From Felis catus (Eukaryota): 64,000 nucleotides of DNA. Location of the stretch: positions 161,760,001 to 161,824,000 of the forward strand of contig NC_058368.1 in the NCBI RefSeq assembly GCF_018350175.1. The letters run 5' to 3'. A program made the position numbers and the translations under genes. Position 1 is the first letter of the stretch, and every line of letters starts with the position of its first letter. This document shows positions 1 through 11,669 of the stretch, in pieces. The notes below the pieces were generated by a model. The model was not told where the DNA came from and did not search any database. It worked only from the letters and a program-made list of their open reading frames with translations.

Positions 1-227
1 TGACTTCTCCTTGGGCGTGCGAGCCCCCGGCGCGAACACAACTGCCACCATCACCACACAGGGCAAGTTGAACTCCTACTGAGAGCACGCCGGGGAGAAG
101 CACACACACCTCAACAGCCTTTGTTATTTAATTCATGAGACTAAACGCACAAAAGCTCATTATGAACACACACACTCTCCCAACCCTCACTCTCCCGTCT
201 ATATTCACATTTCATTTATGGCTTGAC

Positions 228-269
<42 letters not shown>

Positions 270-300
270 GTTATATCCTGAAATGAAGCTTTGCATTTAC
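1..300 (-). other. ST8SIA4: Start of ST8SIA4 intron 1
   Basis: GT donor at 300-299 on the minus strand after codon 38 phase 2; no further ST8SIA4 coding sequence in the window. Confidence 0.9.
231..269. repeat. (ATT)13 microsatellite in intron 1
   Basis: Perfect ATT repeats at 231-269, ~30 nt from the splice donor. Confidence 0.95.
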
Positions 301-413
301 CCGATGAGTTGCGTCTCCTGGTGCTCCTCAGTTCTTGCTATTTCTTTTGTCTTATAAAAGATCAGGAGCAGACTTATCGTGCAGATCGTCCACCTCTTCC
401 TAATGGAGCGCAT
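301..413 (-). CDS. ST8SIA4: ST8 alpha-N-acetyl-neuraminide alpha-2,8-sialyltransferase 4 (polysialyltransferase PST), coding exon 1 (113 nt, phase 2); the gene continues beyond the left window edge
   Basis: Manual translation of the minus strand from ATG at 413 (context cccaagATGc) gives [38 protein letters not shown](G), which I recognise as the mammalian ST8SIA4 N-terminus (short cytoplasmic tail plus type II signal anchor). It is followed directly by the donor GG|gtaaat at 300. Confidence 0.97.
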
Positions 414-750
414 CTTGGGTGCCCGGGAAAGTCCTGGTTGCCCCAGCTCCCTCACCTTCTCTTGGGATAAAGGCTCCGTTTTGGGGAGATACAGTCGCCG
501 GGGGAAATCTGTAAAATTCGAGGAGAGTGTGGAGCCGGGATCTCAGGAGCGGGTCGCAAGGGTTCTCCGCGACCGAGCTCCCGCTGGTCCTTGAGCGCTG
601 CCCAGCGCTCTGCCTCCTGGTTCGCGCCAGCCCTGCCCCGGTCGCTCCGCGCCTCCTCCCTGGGGCTCAGGTTTCTTCTCAGATGAGACACCTTGTGCAT
701 CGGAGGTGGCGGCCGCTTCTGCAGCTGGGTTCGGGGGCGTCACTGGCCCT
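414..750 (-). other. ST8SIA4: Probable ST8SIA4 5' UTR (TSS inferred at roughly 720-770)
   Basis: GC-rich sequence between the ATG and the CCAAT/GC boxes at 786-813. The TSS position is inferred from motif spacing, not observed. Confidence 0.6.
452..700 (-). other. Candidate upstream ORF (82 codons) in the ST8SIA4 5' leader
   Basis: Only minus-strand ATG between 414 and 780; open to TGA at 454-452; out of frame with the main ATG and ends 38 nt before it. Confidence 0.5.
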
Positions 751-813
751 TCCCTTTTCCTAGCAGGGAAATGATGAGCAAAACCAGCCAATCACCAGAC
801 TGAGGGGGCGGAG
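738..813 (-). promoter_or_regulatory. TATA-less core/proximal promoter: half-CRE (CGTCA 738-742), NF-Y CCAAT box (AGCCAATCA 786-794, inverted relative to the gene), Sp1 GC box (GGGGCGGAG 805-813)
   Basis: Motifs read directly. The arrangement agrees with my recollection that the rodent St8sia4 promoter is TATA-less and Sp1/NF-Y dependent. Confidence 0.75.
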
Positions 814-912
814 GCTGCGGTTGCCTCGCGTTGCTGTCGGCTGCTTGGAGAGTAACGTCGCCGGCGCTGCCTGCACAGTGCCGGGAGAGGAAGCTCACAA
901 GCTCACAGCCGT

Positions 913-914
<2 letters not shown>

Positions 915-958
<44 letters not shown>
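915..958. repeat. (AC)22 microsatellite upstream of the promoter
   Basis: Perfect AC repeat, flanked by further purine-pyrimidine alternation (cgtgt / gcgcacgca). Confidence 0.95.
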
Positions 959-960
<2 letters not shown>

Positions 961-2689
961 GCGCACGCAAGCAACAGCAAGTCACACAACCCGGGGAGAA
1001 CGCAGCGTGCCAGAAGGAAGTCAGGTCGCCCTCCTGGGAAACCTACGTATCAGCTCCCTGGACGAGCGCAGAGATAGTCTGTCCTTATCAGCGGGGAGAG
1101 GACACCTCAGCCGGGGACAGATTAGAGACGCATCTTGCTTGAGAGATGCTTCGTCCTGAGCAGGGCGGGGGGGAGTGGGTTGCCAGGGGGTAGCTTCATC
1201 CAAGTGCCTTTCCTAAACATACACACGCGGACACACACACGCGAACGCGCATACACACGCCCTCCCGAGAAGAGTGAATCGAGGAAGGGAGGGGGAAGGA
1301 GGAGGAGGACGTTTAGTATTCGGTGCACAGCTCGATCTGGAAAGTACCCATACACACATGAACCAATTAGCCGATCGCCCACTCAGGGTGGGTGGTGGAT
1401 GACCACCCCGATTTAGGATCTTGAAGGAAACAGATGACAGAGGTGTCATTAGGCGCTTTGTGGATATTTATGTGACGCTTTTTCACTGCCATTTGGAAAC
1501 TCCTCACGCAGGAGTCAAGGAAACTCCAATCCGCCTTAAACTTCACTGCGGAGAAACAGAATTTTGCGAAAAAGCAGCCACCAAGGACATCCTTTAAATG
1601 CAAGTACACCCAGACATAGGAGAAAGAAGGGGGAAAGGTAGGAGGATAGGAAGAAAGGAAAGAAGGAAGGGCACGTTCTTCCTCAAAAATTTCAGTGATG
1701 TGTGTTTAGCCTCTGATTTACACTCTCTCCTCCCTCCTACTGTTTTCCTTACTTCTGTTGTATTGTGTGGAAGGGGCACTTTGGAGTTCTAGTTAACCGT
1801 GAGTCTGAGTACTTCCTTCACTGTTCTTTGGCCTCGCCCTCACCAAGAGAGAGAAGCTTGCTGTTCTAGTTATATCCATGCCTTGGTTTGGTTTTACCTC
1901 ATGGCTAGTGGGACGGATGGGTCGGGAGGCACCCCTAGTGTGAGATCTTGCCCGGAAGCCAGGATTTACCCCATCTGAAAGAAAAGGTTCCAAGTTCTCC
2001 GCTTTCTCCTCTCCCCACCCCACAGCCTCTCTCAATTGAATCACTTGTTCCTTAGGGTTGTGCAGTGGCTCCAGCTGCCTTCCACTCTTGGCCCCTGGGG
2101 CTTATACCTCCCCAAGCCCGGAAATGGTGAGGCCCACCACCAGTCCTTGGGGGGAGCTGAGCAAGAAGGGGAGTTCTGAGTTACTAGTCCCCTAGCAGCT
2201 TAAAATAACAACTATAGCAGCCAGCACCTTTGCTTAAAATTCTGAGGTACCTGCCAATGTTTGCCATTCTTCGCCTAAGGTTTAAGAAGTTAAGAGCCTC
2301 TCGGTTCTCAAGCCTCTTATTCGCAGCAGAGTGAACTAAGGGGTTGGGTCTAAAATGCTCAAAGGAGCAAGTAATTACGAGTCTTTATTGACACTACAAG
2401 TGGCCCGCCGGGAGCCTTTGGAGTTTATTGATGTCTAGGCAAATCCCGCTAGCATCTCTATCACACTGACTTCTCAACTAGCAGAAACTGCAAGAATAAA
2501 ACAGCTTCTTATTTAAGTTAAAAGGGAATTGGGGCAGAGAGGGAGTGGGCAGTGCATGGTTAGGATTCTATAGGTTAATTAATTAAATTCTTTAGGTTAA
2601 CATTTGGTTTCTAAACAGTAAACAAATATGTTTTGGACTCAAAACGCTCGCTGATGGGAATGGAGTAATATGCATCACTTAATGAAATT

Positions 2690-3130
2690 TGTCCAACATA
2701 TTTTGGATCAATTAATATGGTCCAGGAAATCTGTGAGGACATGGGGACACAGCTGAATAAAATATAGCATCTAAGGAGGGAGGGAATTCATTCACTCAGA
2801 GGAGGTCAGATTGTAAAAGAATTAAGTTGCCATGTGGCACCATGGACTAATGCCAGCATTTTAAGTATCTCCTATCTGGGTAAGCTGCAGGGGAGCAGCA
2901 GATGGAGTGGTTGGGAGTGGATGGAGTTGTTGGGAGCAAGGAAAGTGAGCTTCCTGGAAGAGGGCACACATAAAGTGGGGTTTGCACATCTACCAGGGCA
3001 AGCCAGGCAGAGGGAGGATACAACACTGCAAACAAAGCAAGATTTTGTGCACTTCAGAGAATAAAATGCCAGTACTTTGGGGAACTTTGAAGTAGTTCAG
3101 CACTGTTAGAACACGGAGTGGGAAAGGAGA
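2690..3130 (-). mobile_element. Ancient L2 fragment
   Basis: Degenerate L2-like motifs (ggggacacagctgaataa, gcttcctggaagagg, ggcagagggagga...gcaaa, gggaactttgaagtagttcag). Confidence 0.45.
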
Positions 3131-4079
3131 ATAGTGACATAAGGTTTTAGTGTGATCGTAATATTCTATAGCTTCACATTATCAAACTGTCTTCTCTAAT
3201 AGGGAAGTTGCAACAAGAATATCTTCAAGAGGAAAGTGGGTTTAATTTATGTATTATGCCTCAAGTTAAATTAGGGGAAACTGTTCGTTTGGCCCAAACA
3301 AAACAAAGTAAACCCACCAAGAGTGAAACAAAAGAACACAAAGAATTAGTTACTGGAACACGTAAGAAAATGTAAACATTGAGAGGAGGAAAAAAAAAAA
3401 AAAGAACTCTCCAGTTGTATAATGCTGCTATTTCTGTATTCATTAAGCATAACACCTTTTATATTGAGGTGAACACTTCTGAATGACTGATAATAGTTTT
3501 AGTGACACTCAAGAGATTACTCTTTCCCATAGTTGAACAATTTTGGTTTTAGAGTGTAATTTAGTGTCATTTGTTTAATATGATTAGATTTATGAAATAT
3601 ACATCCATAACAATTTACCAGGTTAAAAAAAAAACACATAGGCCAACACTTAGGCCAAAGTGAGGATAGTCTGATTCTTCTCAATATGCTATTAGGTACA
3701 AGAACCATAAACATAAATATTGAGTAAGAAGTCTTATCCACATAAGAGTCTTTTGGACTCAACTCCTTCCATTAGCATGCCCCATTTGATGATCCTGAGA
3801 CATTAAAGATGTTTCTAAATTTCCCTTCTATCTTTGGACTGTAAGTTCTTCAATGAAGAGAACACATTTGTCTTTATTCAGCACAATTCTGCAATTACAC
3901 AGCACCTGATGAATAAATAATGCAAGTAATGGCAGCTGTTTTTAAAATGCTACTTTATCTTTTAACTTAATGTGAATCATGTTTTAATTGCTGGCTGTGC
4001 CCTCTGCTTTAGCTGGAAAGAAATGGGTAAATACATGCAGTATCATAGTATAATAGCCTATGGCATGCTTCAATCAGAT

Positions 4080-5975
4080 ATTTTTTAGAGTAGTTTTAGG
4101 TTTACAACACTATTGACCAGAAAGTACAGAGACTTCTCATATGCCCTCCCCTCCAAATATGCACAACTTCCTCCACTATTAACGTCCCACACCAGAGCAG
4201 TACATTTGTTAAAATCAATGAAACTACACTGACATCATTGTCATCCAGACTCCATAGTTTACATTAGAGTTCACTCTTGGTCTTGTACGTTCCACGGGCT
4301 TTTACCGATGTATTATGTATAATGACCTGTATCCACCATTATAGTATCATACAGTTTTCACTGCCCTAAAGATCCTCTGTGCCCTGGCTATTCATGCCTG
4401 CTCCCCCAGCCCCAGGCAACCACTGATTTTCACTGTGTACATAGTTTTGCCTTTTCTACAAGTCATATAGTTGGAATTATACAGAAAGCCCTTTCATATT
4501 GGTTTCATTCACTTAATGATATTCTTTAAAGATTCCTCCATATTTTTTTCATGGCTTGAAAGTTTTTTTTTGTTTTTGTTTTTGTTTTTTAACAGTAAAA
4601 TTGCATTGTTTGGGTATATCACAGTTTATTTACTTAAATACCTGCTGGAGGACATGTCGGTTGTTTCCAAGTTTGTGAAATCATGAATAAAGTTGCTATA
4701 AACATCCATGTGCAGTTTGGGTAAATACCAAAGAGTACAGTTGCTGATAAGATAGATGGTAAGACTATGGTTCACTTTATAAGAAACTTGTTCTTAGTGC
4801 TGAATTGTCTTCCAAGTGGCTGTACTATCTTCCATCCCACCAGCAAGGAATGAGAGTTTGTGTTTTTGTGTTGCTCAACATCTTCGCCAGCATTTAGTAT
4901 TTTCAGGTTTTTTGTTTTTTTTTTGGTTTTTTTTGTTTTTTTTTTTTTGGATTTGGGGCATCCTAATAGGTATATAGTGGTATCTCATTATTGTTTTGAT
5001 TTGTATTTCCTTGATGAGGTATGATGTGAAACATCTTTTCATATGTCCATTTGCCATCTGTATATATTCTTTGGTGAGGTGTCTGTTCAGATCTTTTGTC
5101 CATTTTAAAATTGGGTTGTTCTTCTTAATTTAAAAGTTCTTTGTATATTTTGGATAACTGTCCTTTATCACATATTTTTTTGCAAATATTTTCTTCCACT
5201 TAATGGCTTATTTCTCATTATCTCAACAGTGTCTTTCATAGAGAGGAAATTTTAAATTTTGATTAAGTCCATTTTATCGATGATTTCCTACATTGATCTA
5301 AAAAGTCTTCATCAGACTCAAGGTCATCTAGATTTTTTCATGTTTTATCCTCTGGAATTTTATAGTTTACCATTTTATTTTAGGCCTGTTAACTTCTGAG
5401 TCAAGTTTTGTGAAGAGTGTAGGGTATATGTCTAGATTTTTTTTTTTTTTTGCATGTGGATGTCTAGTTGTTTCAGCACTCTTTGCTGAAAAGACCATCT
5501 TTTCTGCACTGTGGTATCTTTGCTCCTTTCTCAAAGATCAGTTGACTATACTTGCATGTGTCTATTTCTGAGCACTCTATCTGTTGCACTGATCTATTAG
5601 TCTATACTTTCACCAGTTTCACATTGTCTTGATTATTGTAGCTATATAATAAGTTTTGAAGTCTCAAAATGTCAATCCTCTGTCTTTGTTGTCCTCTAAT
5701 ACTGTGAGTCTTTTCTCTCTCCAAATAAATTTTAGAATCACTCTGTCAATATCCTCAAACTAACTTGCCAGGATTTTGATTGGAATTGGATCAAATCTGG
5801 AGAGCAAGTTGGGAAGAAATGACATCTTGACAATATTGAGTCTTCCTTTCTGTGAACATGGATTATCTCTTCATTTATTTACTTCTTCCTTGGTTCATTT
5901 CTTTTTTCACTCTTTGATTCAGAATTTGACATATTTCTGAATGTTTTTTTATCTCAAATTCCAATTATTTCTTGC
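4080..5975 (-). mobile_element. Old L1 (L1MB/L1MC-like) 3' UTR plus ORF2 3' part
   Basis: Begins with a typical L1M 3'-end (ttttagagtagttttaggtttaca...); decayed ORF2 peptide [33 protein letters not shown] at 4875-5057. Confidence 0.85.
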
Positions 5976-5997
5976 TATTAGAACCCATGACATTTTA

Positions 5998-6226
5998 TTA
6001 TTATTTTTTTTTAATTTTTTTTTCAACGTTTATTTATTTTTGGGACAGAGAGAAACAGAGCATGAACGGGGGAGGGGCAGAGAGAGAGGGAGGCACAGAA
6101 TCGGAAACAGGCTCCAGGCTCTGAGCCATCAGCCCAGAGCCCGACGCGGGGCTCGAACTCACGGACCGCGAGATCGTGACCTGGCTGAAGTCGGACGCTT
6201 AAGCGACTGCGCCACCCAGGCGCCCC
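5998..6226 (-). mobile_element. Young felid Can-SINE (SINEC_Fc-like)
   Basis: tRNA-derived head GGGGCGCCTGGGTGGCGCAGTC..., CT-rich body, AATAAA plus poly(A); perfect 18-bp TSD agaacccatgacatttta (5980-5997 / 6227-6244). Confidence 0.97.
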
Positions 6227-6260
6227 AGAACCCATGACATTTTAAGAATGGCAATATTGG

Positions 6261-6713
6261 TGTATTAGTCAATAATCTCCAGAGAAACAGAACCAATTAC
6301 ACGTGTGTCTATACTGGGAGAAAGAGATTATTTTAAGGAATTGATCATGTGATGGTGGAGGCTGGCAATTCCCAAATCTATAGAGTAAGCTGGTAGTCTT
6401 GAGACTTGGGAAGAGGGAAGAGTTGATGCTGCAGCTAAAGTTTGAAGACATGTGAAGGCAGACATCCCTTTTGCTTGGCGAAACTCAGTCTGTTTTTTCT
6501 TAAAGCCTTCAGTTTATTGGATGAAGACCACCCATATTATGGAGGATAATCTGCTTTACTTATACTGATTTAAATGTTGCTAAAAAACAAACAAATAAAC
6601 AAACAAAAACACCTTCATTCATGGTAACATAAAAGATCTAGACCAGTTTTTGACCAAAAAACGAGTACCATGGGTACCATGGCCTAATCAAGTTGGTACA
6701 TAAAATCGTCACA
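6261..6713 (-). mobile_element. MLT2-family (ERVL) solo LTR
   Basis: tgtattagtc...ctccagagaaacagaaccaat...gcaagttg-like...cataaaat..tcaca matches the reverse MLT2 consensus; TG...CA ends; near-TSD attgg/gatgg. Confidence 0.85.
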
Positions 6714-8213
6714 GATGGGCTGGTTGAAGTTCTTGTTAATGATCTTAAAATACACTAAGAATTGTTCATATAAAGCCTTTTACCTATAAATCAATGATCA
6801 GGAAAAGCAAGAAGTGTATTAATGAGAAAAGTCAGCTTTTCGCCACTAGACAGCCCAATCTGTTTTATTTGGGGGGGGGTGGATATCTAGTTTAAAGAAT
6901 TATTCTAAATTAATTTATTTTGCCTATGTAAATATCCATAAAAGCTACACAGATTTTTTTTCTATATGTATATTCATCAGCCTTCTGTTACTTTTGTTTT
7001 CATACTTAATAATCAAATATAATAAGCTTACAACAGAAGGGTGACCTTGATTTATATGCAAGATACAATTTTGAATCTAGTATAATTTCTGGAACAGGAT
7101 AAATCCCATCATAACCATTCTCAGTTCTTCCCCATTATCTAACCCATGGTACTTTATTATCCTTTGCATTTAGTACTTGATCTCTATTTAAATGTGAATG
7201 TCCTTAGAAGATACAATTCTTAAGTACTATTAGTCAAATATTCTTTAATTTATAATATTCATTTGCAATGTTCTGTAAAACATCTTTTAACTGCTACTAG
7301 TCAAATATACCCCAGTTTGGAATGGGTATTTCACTTGCTCACAACCAACATTTTAATTGTTTATAGACTCTTAACCCCTTTAGTTCTATAATACTAGCTC
7401 TTGCTACTTTTTTGTATTGCACAGACCCATGAAATGTCAAAATAAACAGACACACTATCCTACACATGTTTTGGGAAATCTTTGTTGATCTACATGATAA
7501 CATGGCAATATTTTTTTGTGTGTTCTCCCAGTGGTGAGGGGAGGAACTGAATGGTAAGAAGAGAGTAACTATCAGGCTAAATACTACCCCAAACTGCTTT
7601 TCCATTGAATAGTGATCACTTACTAGATAATTTTCTATGTTGCTATTTAGAGAGTTTGTTGTTTAAGGTTATAATTTCTTTAATTTTTGTGAACTTTCTA
7701 AATGCCTCTCTTGTATCTGATTTAGATAGAATTTCTTCCTCCTGTCTTATCTTTCTTTTCTTATATTTCCCAGTGCAATTACCCACTTAGTTCTTCTTGA
7801 ATGCAACTCACCTTCCTTTTATATAATTTTAAATTCACCATAATAAAAGCAAAGGAGAAAAAGCAGTATAAATTGTTCAAGGTTGAAAAATTATTAGTAT
7901 ATGTGTATATATACACATACACACACATACACACACATCTCTAATTGCTTTTATAGTTATAATAGTATACAATGAGTATCTCTGGAAAATATTGTTTCAG
8001 TGTACATAATTATAACATGGAACAGTCCTATGTAAATTGAAATTTGTGAAGCAGTCATTTTAAATGATTCATTAATGTTTATTATTTGAAGATTCTAAAG
8101 AAAAATACTATTGAGGTCATTGTTAACAGGTAAACTGGTAAGCATTATTAACTGGTAAAGCCCACAGAAGATGTTTGTTTTCTTGCAAAATGGATTAAAA
8201 TTAAACACACACA

Positions 8214-8440
8214 AGGGCTCCTGGGTGGCTCAGTTGGTTAAGCATCTGACTCTTGGTCTTGGCTCAGATCATCATCTCACGGTTTGTGGGTTTGAGCCCT
8301 GTGTCGGGCTCTGTGCTGTCAGAGTAGAGCCTGCTTGGGATTCTCTCTCTCTCCCTCTTTCTTTGACCCTTCCCAGCTTTTACTTTCTCTCTCTTTCTCA
8401 AAATAAATAAATAAACTTAAATTTTTTTTAAAAAAAATAA
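8214..8440 (+). mobile_element. Older Can-SINE
   Basis: gggctcctgggtggctcagttggttaagcatctgactc...(CT)n...caaaataaataaa plus A-tail. Confidence 0.92.
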
Positions 8441-9508
8441 AATACACACACACACAGCGAGTTACCAATATTTTAGATTTTTTTTTTCAAAAATACCATA
8501 AAACCTGTTAATACCAAACTCACCTACTCTGGTAGTAACAATTAAGTAGAGTTAGGTAGTTTCATCTCTCCCTTTAATTTATTTTATTCCAGAATTTTTT
8601 ATTCATTTATCTACTTGGTCCCTACATATATTTGAATTTGTAATACTTCAAGTAAATAATTCTGTTAAAGGATACACATTTTATGATTTACCTGTTTAAT
8701 GGATTGAAATATTGATAATTTTGATAAACAAAGCCTTTATGAGCTAAAATTTTGATTGCTGAGTCTACGGATGCCTGCCTACTCTGTCAGCAGGAAAAAG
8801 TTGTTCTGGGAGAATGAATCAATACATATTTATTGGAGGGAGCCTGTGGGAATAAAGAAATAATAATGAGTCTAATTCACATCTGACCTGTACCTCATTT
8901 TACACCTCTTGTATGACCTGAATGCAAAACTACCTTTGACTGCATGTGTTAGATGGAGATATGAAGAAAGTAGATTGGATTTATTCACTTATAATTTTTT
9001 TGACAGAGAAGTGAACTTATAGGGAATTCTCAGGGGTGAATGGATTATTATACATTTTTTTAAATAACATTTCTGGTGTGTAGAATTCCTTTCGGGACTA
9101 ACCTAGAACCCATGAAGATTTTGAATGTGTGTCCTTGTTATTATAGACACTTGTCATATGTCTGTTGAGGTGAGCAGAGGTGTTTGGGAGGTTTGTGATT
9201 CTTATCCATGGATGTTGAAATCCCTCTGAAGATGAATTTACCCATAGGAAGCCTCAGAACTAGCCTTATATCATGGGTTCTCTGATGACAAATGGTAGCT
9301 CACATGTAAAAACACGCTTCAAATGAGTAAATTCAACTACTCACTTAATTTCATGGTACACTTATTCCCAACCTATAGGTAAGGGGTTAAAGAGGGAACC
9401 AGAAGCCCACAGGAGACTTTGAAAGCCATTTATTACTATTATCTTCTTACTTTACGTATTAAAAAAACAGTTAATGTGTTATGAAGTGATTTGTATAGGG
9501 TATTGATT

Positions 9509-9944
9509 TGTAGAGGAAAAAAACCTTTTCTTCCCTTCTAGGTTCTTTGACTGGTCTAATAATTAAAGACCTATGATAGATTAATGGGAGAAAAACAAAT
9601 TTAATTATATGTATATATATATATATATATTCATAAATATATGAGGCTAAAAGAAATTACTAAAGCTGGAAACTTTTATACCTTTTAGGCAATGAAAAAA
9701 TAAATTTGTGATGAATTGGCAACACAAAGAATTTTGAGCTTGGAATATTCATTGCTGTCCCTAACTCTGATGATAAAGTTGCCTTCTAACTCCTGATACA
9801 GGTAGGGTACCTTTTGTTTCTTGCTTTCAGCTGAACAAAGGAGCTTAGAGTGTCCTTCTTATACCCGCTGTTTTTTAAATAACTGTAATTTAAAATAATG
9901 TGTCAAAATAGTATATTTTGGGGTGGGATATTTTGCTTCTCTCA
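9509..9944 (-). mobile_element. MER34/MER39-like ERV1 solo LTR
   Basis: TG...CA ends; the right end tattttggggtgggatattttgcttctctca is the reverse of the MER34-type start (TGA..GAATATGCCACCCCAAAATA). Confidence 0.65.
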
Positions 9945-9946
9945 TA

Positions 9947-10340
9947 CTCATTTACTAATTAGACAAAAAATATTCCTTGAGTACATACTATTTGCCGGAC
10001 ATTATACTTGGCACTGAAGATACAGCAGAATACAGCACAAACTCCTCCTCCTTTTTAGAAGTTTAATTTCTACATGCAGAAAGATATGACAAAAGGAAAG
10101 AAAAAGAAAAAAAAATGAGGTAATTACATATTGTGATTAGTGCTGTGAAGGAGCAACAAGGTGATATAACAGGGTAATAAAGGAGCTGTTCTTTGAACAA
10201 GATGGTCAAAGAAGGGCTCTCTGAGGAGGTGACATTTGAAGTGAGACTTGTGGAATAAGAGGGAGCTATGAACTGGGTAAGAGCATTGTAGGCTGAGAGA
10301 ATAGCAAGTACAAAGGGCAAGAAGTAGTGAATGGCTAGGC
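9947..10340 (-). mobile_element. L2 (L2a-like) 3' fragment
   Basis: Characteristic ttgagtacatactatttgcc...ggcactgaagatacagcag and agggctctctgaggaggtgacatttgaagtgagac segments. Confidence 0.75.
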
Positions 10341-11669
10341 AGAAATGTCAGAAAATAAAGAATACAATGGAAGCCATTATATCATGCATAATAAACTAAG
10401 CAAAATGGAAGATACTGTATAATAAGGTATTTGTTGAAAGCAAATTTCTGAATTATTTATACCAAAGTCTGGGAAAGCAAACTTATTTAGAACATGTAAT
10501 ATTACTTTTAGGTAGTGCTGCTTGTCTATTTAAGGCTTGACCTCATGAATTTAAACAGAGACTTCTCAGTGTGGTTACAATGACTATTTTCAGCTAAGTT
10601 GAGTTATACAGGCTTTAGACAACAGAAATATATACTTGAATTCAACCAGGGCTGAGGTTTTGCTAACAAGTACGGCAGAAGGAGAGAAAATAAGACTTGT
10701 AATTACTGTACTTAAAAACTAATGAAAATAATGATGAACTAAGATGATAATCTAATATGGAAAAAAGGGAAGGGAAAACATAAGAGGTCAGATGCATTAA
10801 GATAAAGTCAACAACCCTGTGGGATGAAATTTCAATACAATATACTAAATTTAAGGGGCTGCCAGAGAAAGTAAGCTGGAAAGGTGATAGGTAGTACTAA
10901 GAGAGTGAGTTACTTACAACTTGGATTTGGGGGAAAATACGTTAATGATGGTGCAGGATGCAAAATTATTACGGGAATGGGAGACTAATGGGAGATTGAA
11001 TTGAAGTGAAACCAAATTTTGCTAGAGATGAGAAAAAAAAGAAGTGCAGAAAGTCTAGGGTTTTAGATAAATTGTCTGTGTGACTATTGGAAGTCACTAA
11101 GAATAATAGGAGTTAAGTGTGGATTACACAAATTGAGCAGGCCATTAATTAATGACAGTGAATAGGTGGTCTGTAGATGACAACAGGAGGCGATGAAGAT
11201 AACACTGATGACATAAATGGAGAGATTGTTTGTATATGTAAAGGGGAACCAAAAGGGATAGTTTTCCTTTACTGACAATGACTTACCTGACATGCCAAAG
11301 AAAAATAGACTTCTCTTGTGAGTGCTTGCTGGAGAAGGAGTGATCTCTCCTCAAAGGCTCAAAAGTGATCATGAAGTGATGAGAAGACTAGCTAGTTACT
11401 TAATCTTAAATTGTTATAAACAAAAGGCAAAGAAATAATATTTTTTTTAGTAACTCTAGATCTCAGATACCTTCTTATTTAAGATTTTTTTCTTATTTTA
11501 TATCAATGTGAATTTCAAGTAACCTTAATCTTATTTTTATTTTTGTTTAAACAGTATATTTTTCACTCTTACTTGACACAACCTCTAAAATGGCTTCAAA
11601 TTAGCAATTCAAGTTTGCTGTTACAGTATTTCATTTTGATTATCTCCTAATCCAGTATATGAATTTTAC

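Larger units (their letters stand above)
1..1400. promoter_or_regulatory. CpG island / promoter region of ST8SIA4 (densest ~400-1400)
   Basis: High GC and abundant CpG, in contrast to the CpG-depleted AT-rich remainder of the window; overlaps exon 1. Confidence 0.85.

Noticed and set aside
450..460. Donor-like AAG|GTGAGG on the minus strand in the 5' leader
   Set aside because: Use would skip the start codon and signal anchor; no evidence from the sequence alone.
379..1609. Overlapping 60-112 aa ORFs across the CpG island (other than the uORF candidate)
   Set aside because: Expected from stop-poor GC-rich DNA and (CA)n repeats (HTHT/CVCV runs); many start at non-ATG codons; none resembles a known protein.
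5998..6226. tRNA-like A/B boxes in SINE heads
   Set aside because: tRNA-derived SINE promoters followed by a CT-rich body, poly(A) and TSDs; not tRNA genes.
5941..6237. Recurrent ORFs such as ...GQRETEHERGRGRERGRHRIGNRLQALSHQPRARRG... (also at ~21.7, 40.0, 45.7 and 47.6 kb)
   Set aside because: Translations of Can-SINE copies, not a gene family.
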